This document shows positions 1 through 11,732 of a stretch of DNA of 64,000 bases, piece after piece (within the stretch, counting starts at the first letter, position 1; the number at the start of each line of letters is the position of its first letter). Under the pieces are notes generated by a model that worked only from the letters and a program-made list of their open reading frames with translations, did no database searches and was not told where the DNA came from. A program made the translations under genes and the position numbers. Source of the stretch: Auanema rhodensis. Its lineage: Eukaryota > Animalia > Nematoda. Location of the stretch: contig OZ059899.1 of the NCBI GenBank assembly GCA_964057225.1, forward strand, positions 20,026,001 through 20,090,000, given 5' to 3'.

Positions 1-301
1 AAAATTTTTCCGAAAAATTTCGAAATAATTTCGCAAAAAGTAGATGTTTTCAGATTCCTTTTTTCAAGGCAAAGACGATGGACATTGTTATTCAACGAAA
101 AAATTGATTCTGCAGGGTGAAAATCGAGGATATAAGTGTGAACTTATATCAGTTGATATCTCGGTGCATTTTTAAGCTAGCGCAAATCTGATAACACAGC
201 TCGACGCAGCTTAAAAATCCGCATCGAATGCACTATACTACATTGAGAAACGCTTGATACAAAAATTAGTTATGATCGTTTGAAAAAAGATGCATTAGTG
301 T

Positions 302-329
302 ATGTTGAGTTTCCATGTACACTCAACAT
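302..329. other. 9-bp perfect inverted repeat with 10-nt loop, in every full monomer; example copy
   Basis: atgttgagt-ttccatgtac-actcaacat. Confidence 0.9.
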
Positions 330-336
330 TGCTTCC

Positions 337-402
337 AAAAACATTTTTACAAAAATTTTTCCGAAAAATTTCGAAATAATTTCGCAAAAAGTAGATGTTT
401 TT
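337..402. other. A/T-tract block with nested dyads; example copy
   Basis: aaaaacat (337-344) / atgttttt (395-402) encloses aaatttttc-c-gaaaaattt (353-371) and cgaaat-a-atttcg (372-384). Confidence 0.75.
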
Positions 403-479
403 AGATTCCTTTTTTCAAGGCAAAGACGATGGACATTGTTATTCAACGAAAAAATTGATTCTGCAGGGTGAAAATCGAG

Positions 480-501
480 GATATAAGTGTGAACTTATAT
501 C
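480..501. other. 9-bp perfect inverted repeat with GTGA loop, in every monomer; example copy
   Basis: gatataagt-gtga-acttatatc. Confidence 0.9.
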
Positions 502-1564
502 AGTTGATATCTCGGTGCATTTTTAAGCTAGCGCAAATCTGATAACACAGCTCGACGCAGCTTAAAAATCCGCATCGAATGCACTATACTACATTGAAAA
601 ACGCTTAATACAAAAATTAGTTATGATCGTTTGAAAAATGATGCATTAGTGTATGTTGAGTTTCCATGTACACTCAACATTGCTTCCAAAAACATTTTCA
701 CAAAAATTTTTCCGAAAAATTTCAAAATAATTTCGCAAAAAGTAGATGTTTTTAGATTCCTTTTTTTAAGGCAAAAACGATGGACAATGTTATTCAACGA
801 AAAAATTAATTCTGCAGGGTGAAAATCGAGGATATAAGTGTGAATTTATATCAGTTGATATCTCGGTGCATTTTTAAGCTAGCGCAAATCTGATAACACA
901 GATCGACGCAGCTTAAAACTCCGCATCGAATGCACTATACTACATTGAGAAACGCTTGATACAAAAATTAGTTATGATCGTTTGAAAAAAGATGCATTAG
1001 TGTATGTTGAGTTTCCATGTACACTCAACATTGCTTCCAAAAACATTTTGACAAAAATTTTTCCAAAAAATTTCAAAATAATTTCGCAAAAAGTAAATGT
1101 TTTTAGATTCCTTCCTCCAAGGCAAAGACGATGGACAATGTTATTCAACGAAAAAATTAATTCTGCAGGGTGAAAATCGAGGATATAAGTGTGAACTTAT
1201 ATCAGTTGATATCTCGGTGCATTTTTAAGCTAGCGCAAATCTAATAACACAGATCGACGCAGCTTAAAAATCCGCATCGAATGCACTATACAACATTGAG
1301 AAACGCTTAACACAAAAATTAGTTATGATCGTTTGAAAAATGATGCATTAGTGTATGTTGAGTTTCCATGTACACTCAACATTGCTTCCAAAAACATTTT
1401 GACAAAAATTTTTCCGAAAAATTTCGAAATAATTTCGCAAAAAGTAGATGTTTTCAGATTCCTTTTTTCAAGGCAAAGACGATGGACATTGTTATTCAAC
1501 GAAAAAATTGATTCTGCAGGGTGAAAATCGAGGATATAAGTGTGAACTTATATCAGTTGATATC

Positions 1565-1631
1565 TCGGTGCATTTTTAAGCTAGCGCAAATCTGATAACA
1601 CAGATCGACGCAGCTTAAAAATCCGCATCGA
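1565..1631. other. 67-nt imperfect inverted repeat (long hairpin/cruciform), present in every monomer; one example copy given
   Basis: tcggtgc-atttttaagct-a-gcg-caa-atctg-[ataaca]-cagat-cga-cgc-agcttaaaaat-cc-gcatcga. The 11-bp core atttttaagct/agcttaaaaat is a perfect reverse complement, with 7-, 3- and 5-bp additional stems. Confidence 0.9.
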
Positions 1632-4600
1632 ATGCACTATACTACATTGAGAAACGCTTGATACAAAAATTAGTTATGATCGTTTGAAAAAAGATGCATT
1701 AGTGTATGTTGAGTTTCCATGTACACTCAACATTGCTTCCAAAAACATTTTTACAGAAATTTTTCCGAAAAATTTCAAAATAATTTCGCAAAAAGTAGAT
1801 GTTTTTAGATTCCTTTTTTTAAGGCAAAAACGATGGACAATGTTATTCAACGAAAAAATTAATTCTGCAGGGTGAAAATCGAGGATATAAGTGTGAATTT
1901 ATATCAGTTGATATCTCGGTGCATTTTTAAGCTAGCGCAAATCTGATAACACAGATCGACGCAGCTTAAAAATCCGCATCGAATGCACTATACTACATTG
2001 AGAAACGCTTGATACAAAAATTAGTTATGATCGTTTGAAAAAAGATGCATTAGTGTATGTTGAGTTTCCATATACACTCAACATTGCTTCCAAAAACATT
2101 TTGACAAAAATTTTTCCGAAAAATTTCAAAATAATTTCGCAAAAAGTAAATGTTTTTAGATTCCTTTCTCCAAGGCAAAGACGATGGACAATGTTATTCA
2201 ACGAAAAAATTAATTCTGCAGGGTGAAAATCGAGGATATAAGTGTGAACTTATATCAGTTGATATCTCGGTGCATTTTTAAGCTAGCGCAAATCTGATAA
2301 CACAGATCGACGCAGCTTAAAAATCCGCATCGAATGCACTATACTACATTGAAAAACGCTTAATACAAAAATTAGTTATGATCGTTTGAAAAAAGATGCA
2401 TTAGTGTATGTTGAGTTTCCATGTACACTCAACATTGCTTCCAAAAACATTTTTACAAAAATTTTTCCGAAAAATTTCAAAATAATTTCGCAAAAAGTAG
2501 ATGTTTTTAGATTCCTTTTTTTAAGGCAAAAACGATGGACAATGTTATTCAACGAAAAAATTAATTCTGCAGGGTGAAAATCGAGGATATAAGTGTGAAT
2601 TTATATCAGTTGATATCTCGGTGCATTTTTAAGCTAGCGCAAATCTGATAACACAGATCGACGCAGCTTAAAAATCCGCATCGAATGCACTATACTACAT
2701 TGAGAAACGCTTGATACAAAAATTAGTTATGATCGTTTGAAAAAAGATGCATTAGTGTATGTTGAGTTTCCATGTACACTCAACATTGCTTCCAAAAACA
2801 TTTTGACAAAAATTTTTCCAAAAAATTTCAAAATAATTTCGCAAAAAGTAAATGTTTTTAGATTCCTTTCTCCAAGGCAAAGACGATGGACAAAGTTATT
2901 CAACGAAAAAATTAATTCTGCAGGGTGAAAATCGAGGATATAAGTGTGAACTTATATCAGTTGATATCTCGGTGCATTTTTAAGCTAGCGCAAATCTGAT
3001 AACACAGATCGACGCAGCTTAAAAATCCGCATCGAATGCACTATACAACATTGAGAAACGCTTAACACAAAAATTAGTTATGATCGTTTGAAAAATGATG
3101 CATTAGTGTATGTTGAGTTTCCATGTACACTCAACATTGCTTCCAAAAACATTTTTACAAAAATTTTTCCGAAAAATTTCGAAATAATTTCGCAAAAAGT
3201 AGATGTTTTTAGATTCCTTTTTTCAAGGCAAAGACGATGGACATTGTTATTCAACGAAAAAATTGATTCTGCAGGGTGAAAATCGAGGATATAAGTGTGA
3301 ACTTATATCAGTTGATATCTCGGTGCATTTTTAAGCTAACGCAAATCTAATAACACAGATCGACGCAGCTTAAAAATCCGCATCGAATGCACTATACTAC
3401 ATTGAAAAACGCTTAACACAAAAATTAGTTATGATCGTTTGAAAAATGATGCATTAGTGTATGTTGAGTTTCCATGTACACTCAACATTGCCTCCAAAAA
3501 CATTTTGACAAAAATTTTTCCGAAAAATTTCGAAATAATTTCGCAAAAAGTAGATGTTTTCAGATTCCTTTTTTCAAGGCAAAGACGATGGACATTGTTA
3601 TTCAACGAAAAAATTGATTCTGCAGGGTGAAAATCGAGGATATAAGTGTGAACTTATATCAGTTGATATCTCGGTGCATTTTTAAGCTAACGCAAATCTA
3701 ATAACACAGATCGACGCAGCTTAAAAATCCGCATCGAATGCACTATACAACATTGAGAAACGCTTAATACAAAAATTAGTTATAATCGTTTGAAAAATGA
3801 TGCATTAGTGTATGTTGAGTTTCCATGTACACTCAACATTGCTTCCAAAAACATTTTGACAAAAATTTTTCCGAAAAATTTCGAAATAATTTCGCAAAAA
3901 GTAGATGTTTTCAGATTCCTTTTTTCAAGGCAAAGACGATGGACATTGTTATTCAACAAAAAAATTGATTCTGCAGGGTGAAAATCGAGGATATAAGTGT
4001 GAACTTATATCAGTTGATATCTCGGTACATTTTTAAGCTAACGAAAATCTAATAACACAGATCGACGCAGCTTAAAAATCCGCATCGAATGCACTATACA
4101 ACATTGAGAAACGCTTAATACAAAAATTAGTTATAATCGTTTGAAAAATGATGCATTAGTGTATGTTGAGTTTCCATGTACACTCAACATTGCTTCCAAA
4201 AACATTTTGACAAAAATTTTTCCGAAAAATTTCGAAATAATTTCGCAAAAAGTAGATGTTTTCAGATTCCTTTTTTCAAGGCAAAGACGATGGACATTGT
4301 TATTCAACGAAAAAATTGATTCTGCAGGGTGAAAATCGAGGATATAAGTGTGAACTTATATCAGTTGATATCTCGGTGCATTTTTAAGCTAGCGCAAATC
4401 TGATAACACAGATCGACGCAGCTTAAAAATCCGCATCGAATGCACTATACTACATTGAGAAACGCTTGATACAAAAATTAGTTATGATCGTTTGAAAAAA
4501 GATGCATTAGTGTATGTTGAGTTTCCATGTACACTCAACATTGCTTCCAAAAACATTTTGACAAAAATTTTTCCAAAAAATTTCAAAATAATTTCGCAAA

Positions 4601-7600
4601 AAGTAAATGTTTTTAGATTCCTTTCTCCAAGGCAAAGACGATGGACAAAGTTATTCAACGAAAAAATTAATTCTGCAGGGTGAAAATCGAGGATATAAGT
4701 GTGAACTTATATCAGTTGATATCTCGGTGCATTTTTAAGCTAGCGCAAATCTGATAACACAGATCGACGCAGCTTAAAAATCCGCATCGAATGCACTATA
4801 CAACATTGAGAAACGCTTAACACAAAAATTAGTTATGATCGTTTGAAAAATGATGCATTAGTGTATGTTGAGTTTCCATGTACACTCAACATTGCTTCCA
4901 AAAACATTTTTACAAAAATTTTTCCGAAAAATTTCGAAATAATTTCGCAAAAAGTAGATGTTTTTAGATTCCTTTTTTCAAGGCAAAGACGATGGACATT
5001 GTTATTCAACGAAAAAATTGATTCTGCAGGGTGAAAATCGAGGATATAAGTGTGAACTTATATCAGTTGATATCTCGGTGCATTTTTAAGCTAGCGCAAA
5101 TCTGATAACACAGATCGACGCAGCTTAAAAATCCGCATCGAATGCACTATACAACATTGAGAAACGCTTAACACAAAAATTAGTTATGATTGTTTGAAAA
5201 ATGATGCATTAGTGTATGTTGAGTTTCCATGTACACTCAACATTGCTTCCAAAAACATTTTTACAAAAATTTTTCCGAAAAATTTCGAAATAATTTCGCA
5301 AAAAGTAGATGTTTTTAGATTCCTTTTTTCAAGGCAAAGACGATGGACATTGTTATTCAACGAAAAAATTGATTCTGCAGGGTGAAAATCGAGGATATAA
5401 GTGTGAACTTATATCAGTTGATATCTCGGTGCATTTTTAAGCTAGCGCAAATCTGATAACACAGATCGACGCAGCTTAAAAATCCGCATCGAATGCACTA
5501 TACAACATTGAGAAACGCTTGATACAAAAATTAGTTATGATCGTTTGAAAAAAGATGCATTAGTGTATGTTGAGTTTCCATGTACACTCAACATTGCTTC
5601 CAAAAACATTTTGACAAAAATTTTTCCAAAAAATTTCAAAATAATTTCGCAAAAAGTAAATGTTTTTAGATTCCTTCCTCCAAGGCAAAGACGATGGACA
5701 ATGTTATTCAACGAAAAAATTAATTCTGCAGGGTGAAAATCGAGGATATAAGTGTGAACTTATATCAGTTGATATCTCGGTGCATTTTTAAGCTAGCGCA
5801 AATCTAATAACACAGATCGACGCAGCTTAAAAATCCGCATCGAATGCACTATACTACATTGAAAAACGCTTAACACAAAAATTAGTTATGATCGTTTGAA
5901 AAATGATGCATTAGTGTATGTTGAGTTTCCATGTACACTCAACATTGCTTCCAAAAACATTTTGACAAAAATTTTTCCGAAAAATTTCGAAATAATTTCG
6001 CAAAAAGTAGATGTTTTCAGATTCCTTTTTTCAAGGCAAAGACGATGGACATTGTTATTCAACGAAAAAATTGATTCTGCAGGGTGAAAATCGAGGATAT
6101 AAGTGTGAACTTATATCAGTTGATATCTCGGTGCATTTTTAAGCTAGCGCAAATCTGATAACACAGCTCGACGCAGCTTAAAAATCCGCATCGAATGCAC
6201 TATACAACATTGAGAAACGCTTAACACAAAAATTAGTTATGATCGTTTGAAAAATGATGCATTAGTGTATGTTGAGTTTCCATGTACACTCAACATTGCT
6301 TCCAAAAACATTTTGACAAAAATTTTTCCGAAAAATTTCGAAATAATTTCGCAAAAAGTAGATGTTTTCAGATTCCTTTTTTCAAGGCAAAGACGATGGA
6401 CATTGTTATTCAACGAAAAAATTGATTCTGCAGGGTGAAAATCGAGGATATAAGTGTGAACTTATATCAGTTGATATCTCGGTGCATTTTTAAGCTAACG
6501 CAAATCTAATAACACAGATCGACGCAGCTTAAAAATCCGCATCGAATGCACTATACTACATTGAAAAACGCTTAACACAAAAATTAGTTATGATCGTTTG
6601 AAAAATGATGCATTAGTGTATGTTGAGTTTCCATGTACACTCAACATTGCTTCCAAAAACATTTTGACAAAAATTTTTCCGAAAAATTTCGAAATAATTT
6701 CGCAAAAAGTAGATGTTTTCAGATTCCTTTTTTCAAGGCAAAGACGATGGACATTGTTATTCAACGAAAAAATTGATTCTGCAGGGTGAAAATCGAGGAT
6801 ATAAGTGTGAACTTATATCAGTTGATATCTCGGTGCATTTTTAAGCTAGCGCAAATCTGATAACACAGCTCGACGCAGCTTAAAAATCCGCATCGAATGC
6901 ACTATACTACATTGAAAAACGCTTAACACAAAAATTAGTTATGATCGTTTGAAAAATGATGCATTAGTGTATGTTGAGTTTCCATGTACACTCAACATTG
7001 CTTCCAAAAACATTTTGACAAAAATTTTTCCGAAAAATTTCGAAATAATTTCGCAAAAAGTAGATGTTTTCAGATTCCTTTTTTCAAGGCAAAGACGATG
7101 GACATTGTTATTCAACGAAAAAATTGATTCTGCAGGGTGAAAATCGAGGATATAAGTGTGAACTTATATCAGTTGATATCTCGGTGCATTTTTAAGCTAA
7201 CGCAAATCTAATAACACAGATCGACGCAGCTTAAAAATCCGCATCGAATGCACTATACAACATTGAGAAACGCTTAATACAAAAATTAGTTATAATCGTT
7301 TGAAAAATGATGCATTAGTGTATGTTGAGATTCCATGTACACTCAACATTGCTTCCAAAAACATTTTGACAAAAATTTTTCCGAAAAATTTCGAAATAAT
7401 TTCGCAAAAAGTAGATGTTTTCAGATTCCTTTTTTCAAGGCAAAGACGATGGACATTGTTATTCAACGAAAAAATTGATTCTGCAGGGTGAAAATCGAGG
7501 ATATAAGTGTGAACTTATATCAGTTGATATCTCGGTGCATTTTTAAGCTAGCGCAAATCTGATAACACAGATCGACGCAGCTTAAAAATCCGCATCGAAT

Positions 7601-10600
7601 GCACTATACTACATTGAGAAACGCTTGATACAAAAATTAGTTATGATCGTTTGAAAAAAGATGCATTAGTGTATGTTGAGTTTCCATGTACACTCAACAT
7701 TGCTTCCAAAAACATTTTGACAAAAATTTTTCCAAAAAATTTCAAAATAATTTCGCAAAAAGTAAATGTTTTTAGATTCCTTTCTCCAAGGCAAAGACGA
7801 TGGACAAAGTTATTCAACGAAAAAATTAATTCTGCAGGGTGAAAATCGAGGATATAAGTGTGAACTTATATCAGTTGATATCTCGGTGCATTTTTAAGCT
7901 AGCGCAAATCTGATAACACAGATCGACGCAGCTTAAAAATCCGCATCGAATGCACTATACAACATTGAGAAACGCTTAACACAAAAATTAGTTATGATCG
8001 TTTGAAAAATGATGCATTAGTGTATGTTGAGTTTCCATGTACACTCAACATTGCTTCCAAAAACATTTTTACAAAAATTTTTCCGAAAAATTTCGAAATA
8101 ATTTCGCAAAAAGTAGATGTTTTTAGATTCCTTTTTTCAAGGCAAAGACGATGGACATTGTTATTCAACGAAAAAATTGATTCTGCAGGGTGAAAATCGA
8201 GGATATAAGTGTGAACTTATATCAGTTGATATCTCGGTGCATTTTTAAGCTAACGCAAATCTAATAACACAGATCGACGCAGCTTAAAAATCCGCATCGA
8301 ATGCACTATACTACATTGAAAAACGCTTAACACAAAAATTAGTTATGATCGTTTGAAAAATGATGCATTAGTGTATGTTGAGTTTCCATGTACACTCAAC
8401 ATTGCCTCCAAAAACATTTTGACAAAAATTTTTCCGAAAAATTTCGAAATAATTTCGCAAAAAGTAGATGTTTTCAGATTCCTTTTTTCAAGGCAAAGAC
8501 GATGGACATTGTTATTCAACGAAAAAATTGATTCTGCAGGGTGAAAATCGAGGATATAAGTGTGAACTTATATCAGTTGATATCTCGGTGCATTTTTAAG
8601 CTAACGCAAATCTAATAACACAGATCGACGCAGCTTAAAAATCCGCATCGAATGCACTATACAACATTGAGAAACGCTTAATACAAAAATTAGTTATAAT
8701 CGTTTGAAAAATGATGCATTAGTGTATGTTCAGTTTCCATGTACACTCAACATTGCTTCCAAAAACATTTTGACAAAAATTTTTCCGAAAAATTTCGAAA
8801 TAATTTCGCAAAAAGTAGATGTTTTCAGATTCCTTTTTTCAAGGCAAAGACGATGGACATTGTTATTCAACGAAAAAATTGATTCTGCAGGGTGAAAATC
8901 GAGGATATAAGTGTGAACTTATATCAGTTGATATCTCGGTGCATTTTTAAGCTAACGCAAATCTAATAACACAGATCGACGCAGCTTAAAAATCCGCATC
9001 GAATGCACTATACTACATTGAAAAACGCTTAACACAAAAATTAGTTATGATCGTTTGAAAAAAGATGCATTAGTGTATGTTGAGTTTCCATGTACACTCA
9101 ACATTGCTTCCAAAAACATTTTGACAAAAATTTTTCCGAAAAATTTCGAAATAATTTCGCAAAAAGTAGATGTTTTCAGATTCCTTTTTTCAAGGCAAAG
9201 ACGATGGACATTGTTATTCAACGAAAAAATTGATTCTGCAGGGTGAAAATCGAGGATATAAGTGTGAACTTATATCAGTTGATATCTCGGTGCATTTTTA
9301 AGCTAACGCAAATCTAATAACACAGATCGACGCAGCTTAAAAATCCGCATCGAATGCACTATACAACATTGAGAAACGCTTAATACAAAAATTAGTTATA
9401 ATCGTTTGAAAAATGATGCATTAGTGTATGTTGAGTTTCCATGTACACTCAACATTGCTTCCAAAAACATTTTGACAAAAATTTTTCCGAAAAATTTCGA
9501 AATAATTTCGCAAAAAGTAGATGTTTTCAGATTCCTTTTTTCAAGGCAAAGACGATGGACATTGTTATTCAACGAAAAAATTGATTCTGCAGGGTGAAAA
9601 TCGAGGATATAAGTGTGAACTTATATCAGTTGATATCTCGGTGCATTTTTAAGCTAGCGCAAATCTGATAACACAGATCGACGCAGCTTAAAAATCCGCA
9701 TCGAATGCACTATACTACATTGAAAAACGCTTGATACAAAAATTAGTTATGATCGTTTGAAAAAAGATGCATTAGTGTATGTTGAGTTTCCATGTACACT
9801 CAACATTGCTTCCAAAAACATTTTGACAAAAATTTTTCCAAAAAATTTCAAAATAATTTCGCAAAAAGTAAATGTTTTTAGATTCCTTTCTCCAAGGCAA
9901 AGACGATGGACAAAGTTATTCAACGAAAAAATTAATTCTGCAGGGTGAAAATCGAGGATATAAGTGTGAACTTATATCAGTTGATATCTCGGTGCATTTT
10001 TAAGCTAGCGCAAATCTGATAACACAGATCGACGCAGCTTAAAAATCCGCATCGAATGCACTATACAACATTGAGAAACGCTTAACACAAAAATTAGTTA
10101 TGATCGTTTGAAAAATGATGCATTAGTGTATGTTGAGTTTCCATGTACACTCAACATTGCTTCCAAAAACATTTTTACAAAAATTTTTCCGAAAAGTTTC
10201 GAAATAATTTCGCAAAAAGTAGATGTTTTTAGATTCCTTTTTTCAAGGCAAAGACGATGGACATTGTTATTCAACGAAAAAATTGATTCTGCAGGGTGAA
10301 AATCGAGGATATAAGTGTGAACTTATATCAGTTGATATCTCGGTGCATTTTTAAGCTAGCGCAAATCTGATAACACAGATCGACGCAGCTTAAAAATCCG
10401 CATCGAATGCACTATACTACATTGAAAAACGCTTAATACAAAAATTAGTTATGATCGTTTGAAAAAAGATGCATTAGTGTATGTTGAGTTTCCATGTACA
10501 CTCAACATTGCTTCCAAAAACATTTTGACAAAAATTTTTCCAAAAAATTTCAAAATAATTTCGCAAAAAGTAAATGTTTTTAGATTCCTTTCTCCAAGGC

Positions 10601-11511
10601 AAAGACGATGGACAAAGTTATTCAACGAAAAAATTAATTCTGCAGGGTGAAAATCGAGGATATAAGTGTGAACTTATATCAGTTGATATCTCGGTGCATT
10701 TTTAAGCTAGCGCAAATCTGATAACACAGATCGACGCAGCTTAAAAATCCGCATCGAATGCACTATACAACATTGAGAAACGCTTAACACAAAAATTAGT
10801 TATGATCGTTTGAAAAATGATGCATTAGTGTATGTTGAGTTTCCATGTACACTCAACATTGCTTCCAAAAACATTTTTACAAAAATTTTTCCGAAAAGTT
10901 TCGAAATAATTTCGCAAAAAGTAGATGTTTTTAGATTCCTTTTTTCAAGGCAAAGACGATGGACATTGTTATTCAACGAAAAAATTGATTCTGCAGGGTG
11001 AAAATCGAGGATATAAGTGTGAACTTATATCAGTTGATATCTCGGTGCATTTTTAAGCTAGCGCAAATCTGATAACACAGATCGACGCAGCTTAAAAATC
11101 CGCATCGAATGCACTATACAACATTGAGAAACGCTTAACACATAAATTAGTTATGATTGTTTGAAAAATGATGCATTAGTGTATGTTGAGTTTCCATGTA
11201 CACTCAACATTGCTTCCAAAAACATTTTTACAAAAATTTTTCCGAAAAATTTCGAAATAATTTCGCAAAAAGTAGATGTTTTTAGATTCCTTTTTTCAAG
11301 GCAAAGACGATGGACATTGTTATTCAACGAAAAAATTGATTCTGCAGGGTGAAAATCGAGGATATAAGTGTGAACTTATATCAGTTGATATCTCGGTGCA
11401 TTTTTAAGCTAGCGCAAATCTAATAACACAGATCGACGCAGCTTAAAAATCCGCATCGAATGCACTATACAACATTGAGAAACGCTTGATACAAAAATTA
11501 GTTATGATCGT

Positions 11512-11732
11512 TTGAAAAATGATGCATTAGTGTATGTTGAGTTTATTGCATTAGTGTTGATTCTGCAGGGTGAAAATCGAGGATATAAGTGTGAACTTAT
11601 ATCAGTTGATATCTCGGTGCATTTTTAAGCTAGCGCAAATCTGATAACACAGATCGACGCAGCTTAAAAATCCGCATCGAATGCACTATACAACATTGAG
11701 AAACGCTTAACACAAAAATTAGTTATGATTGT
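11512..11732. repeat. Truncated 221-bp monomer: 142-bp deletion plus 12-bp insertion
   Basis: The sequence reads gttgagttt|attgcattagtg|ttgattctgcag. Monomer positions 34-175 are missing and 11545..11556 is inserted. Net -130 bp matches the 572-bp ORF spacing 11161->11733. Confidence 0.97.

Larger units (their letters stand above)
280..630. repeat. Representative 351-bp monomer (phase chosen arbitrarily at ttgaaaaa)
   Basis: Runs from ttgaaaaaagatgcattag to ttagttatgatcgt and the next unit begins at 631. Hand count gives 114/351 G+C, 14 CpG and many A5/T5 tracts. Confidence 0.98.

Noticed and set aside
435-451. CENP-B box on the - strand (tttcgttgaataacaat)
   Set aside because: It matches TTCG....A but lacks the essential CGGG.
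280-630. Tandem RNA gene array (5S rRNA, tRNA, SL RNA, snRNA)
   Set aside because: I recognised no 5S, cloverleaf, SL1 leader or Pol III A/B boxes. Sm-like aatttttg on the - strand is expected by chance in T-tracts.
280-630. Assignment to a named satellite (Drosophila 1.688/359-bp, tenebrionid about 350-360-bp families)
   Set aside because: Only size and AT content agree and I recognised no sequence identity. A BLAST/Dfam search is needed.
1590-1635. Hammerhead ribozyme / retrozyme (monomer size fits; ctgat..cgaa present)
   Set aside because: The core needs CUGANGA and GAAA. The + strand has CUGAUAA and CGAAU, and the - strand has CUGAUAU, so the catalytic core is not matched. An Infernal/Rfam scan would be definitive.
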